From positions 19,158,001-19,222,000 of the forward strand of contig OZ024758.1 in assembly GCA_964016885.1 (NCBI GenBank): 64,000 nucleotides of DNA, written 5' to 3'. The notes under the pieces are model-generated. The model was given only the letters and a program-made list of their open reading frames with translations, was not told where the DNA came from and did no database searches. Numbering within the stretch: the first letter of the stretch is position 1; each line of letters opens with the position of its first letter. A program made the translations under genes and the position numbers. This DNA is from Eledone cirrhosa (taxonomy: Eukaryota). Positions 12,262 to 28,258 of the stretch are shown piece after piece.

Positions 12262-14519
12262 GATGATGTTGATAATGTTACAAAAGCATTGTTTGTTTTT
12301 ATCAATTTTATAATATTCATGGACGCTTATATATTTGTGTGCATGTATGTATAATTATTAATACGTTAAACATATCAAACATTAATACATTAAAACACAT
12401 TATTTTTAGGTTCTACTCATTAGTCAATATTATCTGTGTGGTGGATTCAATACCAACGCTTATATTATGGCTACCTAGACTCGACAGTCTTTAAATAAAC
12501 CTAAATAATTGAATCAAATATATAATAATTTCCTACGTTTAATAAATAAATCGCTAAACATATTTTTTTCTGTTTTGCCGCGTTGTGGAAATGTCCAAGA
12601 CGCTGTAAAAGAGACGTTTAGTTATATGACTTATCACATGGTTTTGTCTGGGTTAAAATAGACAATAAATGTTTAGCAATGTTCTTAATTCTGTCAGAGA
12701 ACGATGGGTCAAAATGTAAGTGTGTCAGTTTAAGAAAATTATTATATTTGGGGGAATACAGTTTGTTTTCTGCTGTCATATATGACGTTAAATACCTAAG
12801 CGCTGGTTACAAGTAGAATAATTAGGAAATATTTATTGTGGAAAGGTGAAACTCCGTGGCTTTGACGTGATGGTGTGGAGGAAATTCCCCTGATAGAATT
12901 CGAAGAATCTTGTATGCAATTTGGTGTACCGTATTCCCCGTTCCGTTTTACAATTTCGGTTTCATTACATAAATGTATCTACACGTCTTCTTTGTGTTTA
13001 TGTATCTACGTATGAACGCATGTCTATATATGTAAGTGTACATGCTTATATGTATGTATCTGCGTGTATGATGTAAGCATTGTGTATGTATCTTGTATGT
13101 ATACGAATCCATGTATGTATGAATGTATGTATGAACGTATGCAGGAATATATGATGCATATATGTATAAATCTATGTCTTGTAAGCATGTATGACTCTAT
13201 ATACGTATGTATATACATACATATGCATATTCATGACAAACAGATATATCTCCATAGCTCCTTAAGTTTAATATTTATTCATTTTGTTTTTTTTATTTCT
13301 TCATATAGAGAAACTTATAACCGATGCAAATAATGAATCATTTCTCTGCAGTATTCAGTATAATTCTTTCATTTATATTTCCTTTTTATTCATTCTCGGC
13401 ATCTCTTATAGATTAGAAGTGTCGTTTGAAGTTTAAACTCTTGGTTCTTCTGGTGATATTTGGGTCACCTTTCTTGGGTATTACTCAAGTAATTTTCACA
13501 TTTATTAATGTCCTTTTCATGATAACGGATCAAGTGTAAGTAATATAACTTAGAGATAAAAACACACTTTTAACACACATACACACACACATTCGTAAGT
13601 ATAAATATATTTTATTTTCATTAGTCAGAAGAGGAAGGGAAATATAATGATCGGTAGATGGCCCCCTTCCGGACTGATGCGTTTAATGCGATTGATATTC
13701 AGTATATAGTTGTTCATCTGAAGCAACCCTGTGTAGGGGGAGAAGTTCAAGGTTTTTACGTTTTAACGGGAACAATTTACACAATCTTTTTAAATGCAAG
13801 AAATTCGTTTATATGTAGATAACAATATGATTAGCGACGAGTATTACACGCTGATCAAATGTTAAAAGCGTGGACTAGATCAGAGAATATTTTTCTCAGT
13901 AATGAAAAATATGTCTGGGAGTAATGAAAAATATGTCTGGGAGACACACAAAGAACCCTCACAGTTGAAACCAGTAAAAATTCATATGTTTTTCGTGAAT
14001 GAAAAAAGATTACAATGCCATTTAAAAATAACATCATAGTGAAAGACTTAGAATGTCATGAAGTATTCCATAAGGAAATGTCAACATCTACAGATAAATC
14101 TTGTAGGATCTACCGCTTAACCAAATACCTATAACATTTTAGTCATCCCATTGAGATCGTAAGAACCAGAGCCGTAAATCAATGTTCAGAGATGTATATT
14201 CCTTGTAACAATTAGGATATAATATAGAAAAGAAACTGTGCATTCACTTTAAAAATCTGGAATTTGTATCACGTTGCTGAATGAAACTTTGCCACTAAAG
14301 TTTAGAATTATCTGTGCCTATCAGAATTCCAAACTTATATAAGTTACTTCTATTTGTATAGGAAGTAACTGGTGAAGTCTCAGTGGATGCATTTTCGAAA
14401 TATTATATTCATGAGGTTTTTATGAGCGAAATATCTACGAATATACTATTTCATTCCTGCTTTTAAATATGAAATTGAAGAAATTGAGAATATAAAGTCA
14501 TGTATATTTCTCATAAGTG

Positions 14520-14765
14520 TGGATGTGCTTGGCTTAGTAATGTAAGGTGATTTTCTTCGATCGTATGGCCGTAGGCGTTGAGCAAGATATTTATTTCATA
14601 TTACTACAGAGAACTCAACTGGAAAAACAAGTCGTTCCTCTAAGTCGAAGGGTCAGCTGTCATACATGTATCGGACAGAAAGGCGTTAAGGGTATGTGAA
14701 TTTCGTGATTTTACAGGCAAGATGTTCAATAAGTGAATCAACTGGAATACTCGTCCGATGTACCT
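14520..14765 (+). mobile_element. Diverged CORE-type SINE
   Basis: TGGCTTAGTAA...TTGAGCAAGATATTTATTTCA, similar to 19797-19915. Confidence 0.5.
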
Positions 14766-15273
14766 ACGTATATCTATCGCGACATATGTCAATTTTATTT
14801 TATATCGTTTACATAGAGTGATATGAGGTGTTAGGTACTAGCTACTAGACAGTGATTCTTTTAACTGACGTTATACTATTCGAATCAATTTTATACAACG
14901 TTATAAAAATGTGTTTATACCATTCTTTTGTGGACTTATTAGTAGCTCTCTTTCACGTGTTTAATCTAAAGAAGTCAAACATACACACACACACACAGAC
15001 ATAATATATATATATATATTATAGTTAAAACAGAAAATAAAAAAACAAAACCAAGGCGAAGAGTGCAGTATAAAGTGTTGTATTAGGTTCACGCTTGAGA
15101 GTGGGGGACATATAGTGTATGTATATATACATATATATACATACACTAAAAAATAACATATTTCTAATAGCATTGAGCTCATGATTCTATTCAACGTATT
15201 TACATATACAAAAGAGATAGTGTGGTCTACGTATATCAATGTATACATATATATATATATATATATATAAATG

Positions 15274-15751
<478 letters not shown>

Positions 15752-16005
15752 TAGTATATATTTAGTCATATACATATATATCGATGATCAATGCTGTTTA
15801 GTAGCCGTGTGCAGTATGGTCTATTATGGCCCACCATGGGCTACTCAAGTAGGAGGAAGTATTACAAGAGTACAGACATAACATTTATGAGAAAGCATAG
15901 AACATGAGAAAATAACATAAAAATGGTTAAAACAAACCAGTTTGAAGCAAGAAGAAACGTATATTGGGAGAGTGAGTTTATGCACACACACACACACATA
16001 CACGG

Positions 16006-16099
<94 letters not shown>

Positions 16100-16115
16100 C
16101 CGCTACGTATATATA

Positions 16116-16201
16116 TATTTGCCCCTCTCACTATTCCTCTATCTTTGCAAACATCTCCCTCTCTCACCCACTCTCGCTATACACACACACACACACACAA
16201 G

Positions 16202-16260
<59 letters not shown>

Positions 16261-16313
16261 TTATATATATATATATATACCTAGTGTGTGTTTATATATA
16301 GATTTACAAAGAC

Positions 16314-16359
<46 letters not shown>

Positions 16360-16360
16360 T

Positions 16361-16405
<45 letters not shown>

Positions 16406-16505
16406 TATATATATATATATACATAAATATATGTGTGTGTATAGCGAGAGGGGGTGAGAGGGGAAGATGTTTACCAAGATAGAACAATAGTGAGAGGGGC
16501 AAATA
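16116..16505. repeat. Inverted repeat (~70-bp arms) around a microsatellite spacer
   Basis: TTTGCCCCTCTCACTATT...CTCTCGCTATACACAC versus GTGTGTATAGCGAGAG...AATAGTGAGAGGGGCAAA. Confidence 0.85.
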
Positions 16506-16645
16506 ATGAGATAGAGACTTACAGAGAGTGAGAGAGAGAGAGGCAAAGAGAGTTAGAGAGAAGGGGAGGAAAACTGATAGAATAAGCATGATAAAAATTA
16601 CCAAAAAAGAAAGAACAAAGCAACACGCACACGCACACACACACA

Positions 16646-16715
<70 letters not shown>

Positions 16716-18079
16716 CACACACACACACATACACACAACTAAAAAGAAACTGAAAGAAATGAACTGTTTCCAGGCGTGTGGAACAATCCAAGAATAAACC
16801 ACTGCTGCCACTTGATGTGAAATACTTCTAAATATGCTCTTATGGCAACAAAGGATATAAATAAAAACAGACGAAGAATGATTCGAAGAGAAAATAAATC
16901 GCTACGTAAGAAAATAAAGAAAAAACCAAGTCAGAAAAATACACCTCTTTATAAGATTTATGAAAGTGTACTACGTACTTACATTCGCCTCTTAATGTAG
17001 TTTGTCGGTCTGTATATATGTTTGGTTTGTCTAGTTTTTACTCAGCATTTATCTGTGTGTGACTGTTTGTGTTTGTGTGTGTGTGTGTGAGAGAGAGAAG
17101 GTATGTGTATGTGTGTCTGTCGAGGGTATGTGTGTATCGGTATGTGTATGAGAGTGTGTGTGTGTGTGTGAGTGTGCCTGTGTGTGTGATTGTATGTGTA
17201 TGTGTGTATTTCGTAGGTATGTATATATGTGGATATATGTATGCGTATGAAATTATGAATATCTGTGTGTATGTGTGTGTGTTTGCGAATGCATGTGTCT
17301 CTGTGTCTGTGGAGTGTATGTATTTGTGTATATGCATGTGTATGATATTACATGTATATATGCATATTTGTGTGTATGTGTGTGTGGCAGTAAATGTGTG
17401 TGCCTGCGTGTCGAGGGTATGTATGTGTGTATATCTATGTGTCGGAAATTATGTATTTGTATGTCGAGGGTATATATGTGTGTACACGTATGTCTATGAA
17501 ATTATGTGTGCATATGCATATTGTTTGTGTGTGTGTGTATGCATGTGTAAGTACATGTGTCTAACTGTTTAGGTGTAGTAATGTATATATATATATATAT
17601 ATATCATATATATATATATATATATCATATATATATGTGTGTGTGTGTGTGTGTTTCTATCCAGTTGTGTGAATGTGCCAATAACTCTCTGTCCACATAT
17701 ATCTATATTTATATGTAAATATGTATCTGAGTGTCTGTTTATATGTAAGAAGATATGTAAGAAGATATGTGTGTGTATGCATAGTGTACGTATTTGTGTA
17801 TGCATGTATATGCAAACATTTCTGCTTGTGAGTATGAAAGAACCTTTACGCACACATGTCTACTTTTAAGTAAACCTTGTATTCGAGGCTTATGGTTGTT
17901 GTGTGTGATTGTGTGATTATATTATAGTTTTTTTAAACAGTAATTTATATTACAATAAATTTATTTAGAAATATCTAAAATAGAAAATACACAATAAACC
18001 TGGCATTAATATATAAAAAGAAGCTGGAATCAGAAACATATTACATTCATGCCTACACATATACACGCATTGCTTTATG

Positions 18080-19790
<1,711 letters not shown>

Positions 19791-19796
19791 CTTGGT

Positions 19797-19915
19797 GAAG
19801 GCGTGTGGCTGAGTGGTTCGGGAATTGGATTCGCAATCGTAAGGTTGTGAGTTCGATTCCTGGACCAGGCGATGCGTTATATCCTTGAGCAATACACTTT
19901 ATTTCACGTTGCTCC
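19797..19915 (+). mobile_element. tRNA-derived CORE-type SINE, 5' part
   Basis: A box TGGCTGAGTGG, B box GAGTTCGATTCC, and CORE-like TCCTTGAGCAATACACTTTATTTCAC. Confidence 0.75.
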
Positions 19916-20033
19916 TTCTACCTGGAGTTGCGACCGATAGATAGTATTAGCAATTGGAAAGACCGACGGAAACATTGTTCCCTCGGTCCGATTTGACGAA
20001 AGTCGATCGTTCTATTATGTATATAAATATATA

Positions 20034-20074
<41 letters not shown>

Positions 20075-20206
20075 TTATATATATATATATATGTATATAT
20101 ATATACACACACACAAAGATTCATGTGTATATATATATTATATAAATACACACAAACAGATTCATCTTTGCTTGTCGTATCCCAACAATTTAAATAGAAC
20201 TTCTAC

Positions 20207-20277
<71 letters not shown>

Positions 20278-20523
20278 TTATTATGTGCCAAAATGGAATA
20301 TAAAAGTGATAGAGAAATCTAAGGGATGACACAGCGGGAGGGAATGGAGGTGGGTCGGGAAAATGACAGACATGACAACAGCGTAATGCTTAACACGTCA
20401 TTTAATGATCTATGAATAACATTAAAGAAGCATTAAGAGTAGATTAAAGGCTCATAACTCAAAAACCTCCTTGCTTTAATTTCATATTTTTACTTTTTAG
20501 TCGTCGTGGTAATATTCAAACAG

Positions 20524-20579
20524 AAACGTGATGTATATGGATATACATCACGTTTGGCGTGTGTATGGATACACGCCAA
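20524..20579. repeat. Twin adjacent hairpins
   Basis: AAACGTGATGTATAT-GG-ATATACATCACGTTT followed by TTGGCGTGTGT-ATGG-ATACACGCCAA. Confidence 0.8.
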
Positions 20580-20772
20580 CATATAAATGTGAGTGTAGTC
20601 GGCCTTATATTTGTAAGTGATGGGAGATCTCTGTGTATATTAGTTGATGTTGCATTATGTTATATTGTATTTTATTGATTTATTTTATACTATATATTTT
20701 ATTATATGTATGTATATACTATATATATACTCTCTCTATGTATAAATATATATATTTATGTATATGTGTTTT

Positions 20773-20814
<42 letters not shown>

Positions 20815-20904
20815 GATAAAGAGAGAGAGAGAGAGAGGGAGAGAGAGAGAGAGTGAGTGAGAGAGAGTGATATATGTATATATATATAAATAGATAACAA
20901 AGAG

Positions 20905-21014
20905 TGTGTGGTATGATACCAGGTGGACCAAACCGCACCTGAGTACTCAAAGTGTTGTGATCTATCTGTGGAAATAGACCGAGCTCAGCCGCCGGTCGGG
21001 GTCTTGACTCTTCT

Positions 21015-21017
<3 letters not shown>
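20905..21017. mobile_element. Family A-related copy with an internal orientation switch
   Basis: ACCAGGTGGACCA..GAGTACTCAA (antisense) is joined to GAAA..GAGCTCAGCCG..GTCGGGGTCTT (sense). Confidence 0.6.
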
Positions 21018-21094
<77 letters not shown>

Positions 21095-21097
<3 letters not shown>

Positions 21098-21225
21098 AAA
21101 TAAAATAAAACAAGGACGATTGGTTACTCCTTCATTACATTTATTGGTTGCTGAAGCGCATTTCGCCACTGATCACCTCAAGGTTCGATCTGTACCGATT
21201 TAGCCCGACTCTGAAATCCTTGTAT
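21095..21225 (-). mobile_element. Short (TA)n-adjacent repeat (family F) with an HHR-like 3' half
   Basis: Homologous to 8831-8930 (AGGACGAT.GGTTA..CCTTCATTACATTTATTG..TTTCGC). Minus strand reads ggc GAAA tgcgc TT cagc. Confidence 0.45.
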
Positions 21226-21442
21226 CGTCAGACCCCTTACAATGGTAATGGAAAAATTTTCCACTGAGGGTGAATGAATCTTTCCTCGGAAATCTCATTC
21301 CAGATTCTTGTCTGTCTATGGATTTGAAACGAGAAATTCAAAGATTCGGGCCATTCAATTTCGCTTCTGAATATGTAAATATATTTCACTCTACTTAATA
21401 ATATTGACTGCGTTCCTTCTATTAATTGTATTTCACAACACA

Positions 21443-21513
<71 letters not shown>

Positions 21514-22364
21514 TGGACACCAATAATTCATTTTCTATAAGCATGTAAGTGTGTATCTCGGTTATGAGTATTTTTGTGTTTTTGTTGCGTTTACCGAAAG
21601 TTTTCACCAAGAGATATATTTATGTAGTGCTTATTTTTATTAGAATATTTTCGTATTGCTATCTCTGAAGATATTGGCCTTTGGATATATGCGTTTGTAA
21701 CTAAAGTTTATGATGAATTTCTATCTAATAATGCATTCACACAATATTCCTGAATAGGTGTATAAATATTTAGACACGAAATATATCTCCATATTATTGT
21801 ATGTGTGTTACATCTCAGAAGAAAAAATCAATTTCTCGCACTTTTATCTGGACTGATGACTTAAATCATAAAAACATGTTAATACTCAGGAGATATGTTT
21901 TACATAGAATTCCAAATGAGAGTCGAATTTTACGATGACAAATTTCTATCATATATATATGTCTGCGTCTATCGGTATGGATGATGAATGTGACCGTCTT
22001 GCGAATGTGGGTACATATATCTAAGTATTTGCATTATGTATATGTGCATATTTACAATGTTATTAGTTCTGTCCACTGGTCGAATTGTTGATGACATTCT
22101 GAAGCACATACATCAATACCACTGTAACTTTTCCCCTCTGCTTTGCATTTACTCAATACACAGTTTAAAGGCCACTGAGAATAGCTACGACTCCAGTGAA
22201 GTTTGAATATGTTTCCATTGCCACCATAGCGGATACGATGTCGAATTCAATGTCTCAGAGTTTCTTGTAGTTCACTACAATCTATATGAACGTGCCATCA
22301 TTATAAAACCTGCTGTTCGTCTATTGGGATCGATAAATGTTGTACAAGTCCAGTTTGGGGATCG

Positions 22365-22540
22365 AGTATCGGTGGATAGTCAGACGCCATGCTTTAACGC
22401 ATAGAGTTACGGCCCTTGCCAATCTGAGTTCAAATCCTGCCGTTGTTAACTTTGACTTTTATTCTTACGGGGTCAATAAAATAAAGTACCAGTGTACACT
22501 GGGTAATTGCTGGCCTTGTGCCAAACCTAGAAACAACTAT
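22365..22540 (+). mobile_element. Meta-like SINE
   Basis: Matches the family consensus. Confidence 0.85.
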
Positions 22541-23167
22541 ATTAGATTTCTCTTTCTGAAATTCTCACTATCTCTCTATGAATCTCACTCAACTCATCTC
22601 AGATTATATCAGTTTGAAATGCGCAGTAATTAGAGTGATTTATTTCACTGACGTACGTTTAATTATTATAAATACTATGGAAATATCAACAGTGGCTGTC
22701 TGTAAAATATCGTTAGAGCGTCATGAAAATAAAACTAAATATATTTTAATGTTTTACTGAAGTACCTTTATTTTCTACTTTATACAATTTCTCACATTTT
22801 ATTGAGGTTGCTTAGTATACATCACATATTATCGTCTGAATATTTATAAGAAACTAACTGGTATGTTTACTTGAAACACTTGGGGTTTAAATGGAAATCG
22901 TGTAAGGCAAGATTTGTGTGTAAATTAACTACAAGGAATTATGTACGGTATTAACTTACTTGACTTTTATGACAACTAGCTATACTGCTTATTTTCATTT
23001 AAGGCTAGGAATAAAAGCTTTCCCTGGTAAAAGCTTATGACTTATAATATATATTAGTACGTTGTATAGTTATTAATCCTTTCAGAGATGCTAGAATGGG
23101 GTCGTCAGAATTGGCACTGAGAGTGGCAGTATGCGATTAAGATATCATCATTAAGATATCATTTTAA

Positions 23168-23362
23168 AGGGCGGTGGATTGGCAGTATCGTTAGAGGGTC
23201 GGACTTTATGCTTTGACGCATAGAGTTACGGTCCTTGCCATTCTGAGTTCAAATCCCGCTGAGTTAAACTTTGCCTCTCATCCTTAAGGGGTCGATAAAT
23301 TAAAGTACCAGTAATACACTGGATTAATTACTGGCCTTGTGCCAAAAGTAGAAACAATTATT
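23168..23362 (+). mobile_element. Meta-like SINE, full length
   Basis: Matches the family consensus. Confidence 0.9.
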
Positions 23363-24514
23363 TTTAATGTACGAGATGATATGCATATAGTATAGTATTT
23401 CTCGTATGTCTTCTTTCTGTATGGGAAATAGGCTGAGTCTCAGAGTAATATCGATCGATGATATTCGTGATAGACAAATCGAAATACGAAGTGTCACAAT
23501 GCTGTTGTGATGTCATCTAATTCTTCATTTTCTTCACGCAGTTTCGATTTCTCGAAGCAGATGATGTATGTCAAATATATTCAAGATATTCGAGATGTAT
23601 GTGACGAACACGAAGAAATGTAATTAGCGTGAATCTATATATAAATATATTAAGCAAGATCCTCAACGAATATTAATCATATTGTTGATCCTAAAACAGC
23701 TTATAGTCTGCCTATAATCTGTTGAAGTAAAGTAAAATGAAATAAATAAATATTTGGATTTCAAGTAATATTAGGATTACGGAAGTTTAGTCGAGCATAA
23801 TTCCATCTAAATCGATTTTCTTCAATTTAAAAATGACACGTAAGAGATAGTGAAGAGATTGTTTGTCAGCCATACTTATTGTCCAAAGACAATTAAAACC
23901 CGGGATTGTAAAATTTAATCAATGAAGAACTTAATTCCGCATTAAGATCTTAAACTATTATCAATCAAGCCGTAGTAGGCATGCTCACTAATTAAATATT
24001 AGTCTGTAGTCGTTGACACCACATTCGTCATTAGATACATTAGCTTAAATTATAATGTTCTTGAATATGTACAAATAGAGTATCTGGTGCAAATAGCATA
24101 CTGCTCGCTATGCTATTCTCATAATTGCGTTGTCTGTGTATTATGATAAAATATGTTTAACGAGTCGACCGAAATGATGTGCGGATGTTTACGTTCTCTG
24201 TCAAAATAGCACCGAGGTGCCCCACTACATTTCATCCCGGGGTTAACAAATTAAGATGCCACTCAAGTACTTTCAAATTAGGCTTCAAATTGCTCGCCTT
24301 GTGCTGAAATCAGAAACCATCATGAGGGAATAAGGTAGTTTCTAAAAATACATATGTCCTGAAGTATCTGGATATTGCACCACCTTGTCTAAACTCTATA
24401 CATGCCTAGGTGATATACATGGGTGGGAGGTTAAAGAACACAATTTGCAACCTCGTAGTTTCGTGTCTAGTATCATTGAAGCCCATCGAATGTATATATA
24501 TATATATATATATG

Positions 24515-24572
<58 letters not shown>

Positions 24573-24573
24573 A

Positions 24574-24754
24574 GGGGCTCCTTTGGGAGCACCTACATGG
24601 ACACACTAGAAGAGGAAGACCAAGGTTAACGTATGTTGATGCCCTAAGGACAGACACTGGTCTGTTGGAGACGCAGGACATGGCAGCGATAATGAGGGAC
24701 AGAGACCGCTGGAGAAAACTCGTCCATTGATGTCGGGAATTTTACCCGCCTTAG
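24574..24754 (+). mobile_element. 3' end of an RTE-type non-LTR retrotransposon
   Basis: Translates as LLWEHLHGHTRRGRPRLTYVDALRTDTGLLETQDMAAIMRDRDRWRKLVH*, the typical RGRP...DR..W C-terminus. Confidence 0.8.
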
Positions 24755-24755
24755 A

Positions 24756-24827
<72 letters not shown>

Positions 24828-25060
24828 GGTAATTCCGAAGAAAAAGAAAAGGAAAAAGAGTGCTCTATGTATAGAACAGAACTAGTTAATTAGAAAGTGA
24901 ACACAATATATAACTACACCATTACCAAACGTTTCTGGATCGCAGACAATATTAATATACGTACGAGATGTTATCTCTGTCGGACGTATATTACTATTGT
25001 CTAGAATCATAGAAACCTTTGGTAATGGAGAGTTCTATATTGTGTTCTTCACTTTCTAAT

Positions 25061-25221
<161 letters not shown>

Positions 25222-25260
25222 ATGTGTGTAACTGTTATATATATGTAATATATATACATT

Positions 25261-25446
25261 ATTGGCAGTATCGGTAGAGGGTCGGACGCCATGCTTTCAC
25301 GTATAGAGTTACGCCCCTTTATGATCTGAGTTCAAATCCCGCCGAGGTTAACTTTGCCTTTCATCCTTACGGGGTCGATAAAATAAAGTACCAGTAATGC
25401 ACTGGGATAATTACTGGCCTTGTGCCAAAAAGTAGAAACAATTATT
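25261..25446 (+). mobile_element. Meta-like SINE
   Basis: Matches the family consensus. Confidence 0.9.
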
Positions 25447-26440
25447 TATGTGTATGTATATCTGTTTCTGTGTTTTTTTCATATTCCTTATACAAATGGA
25501 TCGACAAATAGAGATTGATAAATTTAGTGACAGTCTTGGAGAAGAAAATAAGTATTGGGCTCTATATGAACGACTAAATATCTTCAATGTACTGCTCCAG
25601 CCTGTCCGCAGTCAAATGTTTGTAATGAATGTATACTGACGTAAGTATACTGTTTGGAATAGATACGTATTTAGTTTAACTTATGAGAATGCTACGTGAA
25701 AAGAAGATTGATGCTTATCCAATATATATCATTATATGAGCAAGACAAGCTTGTTTGAATCCATTCAATGACATCAATAACAAATTTATGTTATATGATA
25801 TGCTATTAAGTCAATATGAACTTATACTAAGTTAATGAAAGAAAGTATATGAACAATAAATCTGTCGACATTATTTCAATACATTCTGCCATTGGTGATT
25901 GTGTTTGTTCTAAACATTGCAGAATTTTATATTTCCTCTATATATAAACACAGACTGTGTGATTAAGAAGTTCACTTCTTTGCAACTAGGCTGTTCTTGG
26001 TTCTTGTATCCTGCGGTCGCACCATGGGTCATCTATTATTGTCTGGGATTCGTCAGTGCCTTATGTGCCCCGGGGGGAGGGGGTTGCAGTCAATGGATAT
26101 TAGAAGATATTTGTTTGTACGCTAGAAATTTAAACGTATACTTCAGAATATACAAAAGTTCTTTACTACTAACTATAAAGCAATACAATGAATATTATTT
26201 CCTCTCTTCTCTAATGCGATGCCTTAAATAATAACTTTGTAAATTTCTATATATACTCCTTGAATTGTTACACTTGTAACCTATACTGGCACTACCATAG
26301 GATTTACCAAATAAAATAATTCGACAGTTGTCGAGTAAAACAATTCTGTAAGCGGCATCAGAGTTTAGTTGTCTAATGAAATTAATTGATTACACTGGCG
26401 GAAACTGAACTGAATAATACTAGAATTCGGTCTCTCTCTC

Positions 26441-26527
<87 letters not shown>

Positions 26528-26610
26528 ATGTGATTTCTTTTGAATGAAACAGTTCTAGTCCTCTAGAAGTAATTTCTATATTAAACATGATATATTAAAT
26601 ATGTATACAT

Positions 26611-26660
<50 letters not shown>

Positions 26661-26661
<1 letters not shown>

Positions 26662-26822
26662 TATGTTGATTTAAAACTGCACTATCAACAAGTGTTTTTT
26701 AGCCTTCATATCATGTTCTCCTGTTTTATCTGATGAAAACACAAATATTATTGCTTGATGATGTTTGTTTTTGAAATGCGCATAATAAAATATATGGAAC
26801 TCCTTTAACCATCTTTTGATCT

Positions 26823-26828
<6 letters not shown>
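26661..26828 (+). mobile_element. HHR-bearing Penelope-like pLTR fragment (family C)
   Basis: Near-identical to 45097-45265; a partial third copy lies at 35857-35915(-). Flanked by (TA)n on both sides. Confidence 0.8.
26724..26790 (+). ncRNA. Intact minimal type-I hammerhead ribozyme
   Basis: ttttat CTGATGA [16-position helix II with 15 pairs including G-U] GAAA tgcgca TA ataaaa. Helix I is 6 bp and helix III is the palindrome ATGCGCAT. Predicted cut after 26784. Confidence 0.8.
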
Positions 26829-26899
<71 letters not shown>

Positions 26900-26971
26900 A
26901 TTTCTTTTGAATGAAACAGTCCTAGTCCTCTAGAAGTAATTTCTATATTAAACACGACATATTAAATATGT

Positions 26972-27024
<53 letters not shown>

Positions 27025-27247
27025 TTCATTATTCTATATTTGTTCATAAAGACATGATTTGCATCAATTATTGTATCATAGACAATTGTTTACTTTTCAA
27101 CACAGAAGAATTATACATGAAATTGTTCTTTCAGTTAAAGCAGTATTAACAAGCTACAACATATTTTCGGTCAGGATTATGCATGTTTAGATATGCAATG
27201 ATAGTTGCTCGATATTCTCTTTCACACTTTATTACTCTGTCCATATA

Positions 27248-27326
27248 TGTCAAATACAACGCGGGCCATGCTCGTCATCATCCCACGAGGCTATAATGAC
27301 GAGCATGGCACGCGTTGTATTTGACA
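27248..27326. repeat. Hairpin, 31-bp arms with 1 mismatch
   Basis: TGTCAAATACAACGCGGGCCATGCTCGTCAT ... ATGACGAGCATGGCACGCGTTGTATTTGACA. Confidence 0.9.
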
Positions 27327-27530
27327 GATTGTTGTGCAACTCCAAATGAAGAGCATATATAGCATATCCTTCAACAGTATTATTACAGTGTTAGTATATA
27401 TGACAAGGTTTGGCCATGCCCGAGTAGTCCTATGATCAAATGAATTTCATCCATCAAATACTCGCCCTGTAAACATGTAATGGCCACATTGACAAGCGTG
27501 TAATTCTTTAGAAAAGATGATATAGATATA

Positions 27531-27616
27531 TAAGTAAAATTGAGACGGAAGGTTTGTGGTTTTTCTCGCATCTGCTAGAAAAACCACAAACCCCCTCCCC
27601 ATCTCAATTCTACTTT
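27531..27616. repeat. Imperfect hairpin, ~35-bp arms
   Basis: AGTAAAATTGAGA..GGTTTGTGGTTTTTCT / AGAAAAACCACAAACC..TCTCAATTCTACT. Confidence 0.8.
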
Positions 27617-27773
27617 AGAAAAGCACAAGAACTGCGAAACTGGTAAAGGAACCAAATAAATATATAAAAAAAAAAGACTCAAGTTGCATTTTCGATGTCA
27701 TCTTTTTTCCTTATAATTTCACTCGTGTAGGACACCTCGTTTTTTTTTTCATTTTGTAAAAAAAGCCCACTTG

Positions 27774-27858
<85 letters not shown>

Positions 27859-27986
27859 AAGAAGAAATAGGGGCTGTGTAGTTGCTGGATAATGTGTACT
27901 TATAAATAAGAGCAAAGCACGAACGGGAGAAAATTGTTCTTCATCACTTGTCTGCTGGTGATCATGTATTTAGACTTGTGATGTAT

Positions 27987-28139
27987 TTATATTGACAGAA
28001 TATTCCTTAGTATATGGGTAGTTCCCATTAGTACTGTATTTTGTATTTCTACTATACCTGGGATTTTGGATAAGTAATCATTCGACCCCTTAGGTAGCAT
28101 TCCTAGAGTACCTACAACCACTGGTATTGTTTTCGTTCT
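27987..28139 (-). mobile_element. R4/Dong-type LINE, extreme C-terminal coding fragment
   Basis: Manual translation RTKTIPVVVGTLGMLPKGSNDYLSKIPGIVEIQNTVLMGTTHILRNILSI*. It is homologous to the end of the 38-kb element (VVPIVIGALGTI...QKACLLGTARTLR) and lies next to (TAT)n. Confidence 0.8.
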
Positions 28140-28161
28140 CAACTATTATTATTATCATTAT

Positions 28162-28258
28162 TTAACTTTGCCTTTCATCCTTACCGGGTCGATAAAATAA
28201 AGTACCAGTAATGAACTGGTATTTGCTGGCCTTGTGCCAAAAGTAGAAACAATTATTA
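28162..28258 (+). mobile_element. Meta-like SINE, 3' half
   Basis: Matches the family consensus. Confidence 0.85.

Larger units (their letters stand above)
26529..26975 (+). repeat. Two direct copies (26529-26608, 26896-26975) of a family H tail that begins inside the HHR core
   Basis: TGATTTCTTTTGAATGAAACAGT(T/C)CTAGTCCTCTAGAAG..ATTTCTATATTAAA, homologous to 56232-56290. Confidence 0.75.

Noticed and set aside
12780-12900. CRE-like TGACGT and NF-kB-like GGAAATTCCC motifs as an enhancer
   Set aside because: Short motifs are expected by chance in 64 kb, and there is no independent support.
13898-13942. 22-bp tandem duplication AGTAATGAAAAATATGTCTGGG x2
   Set aside because: An ordinary local slippage duplication with no further structure.
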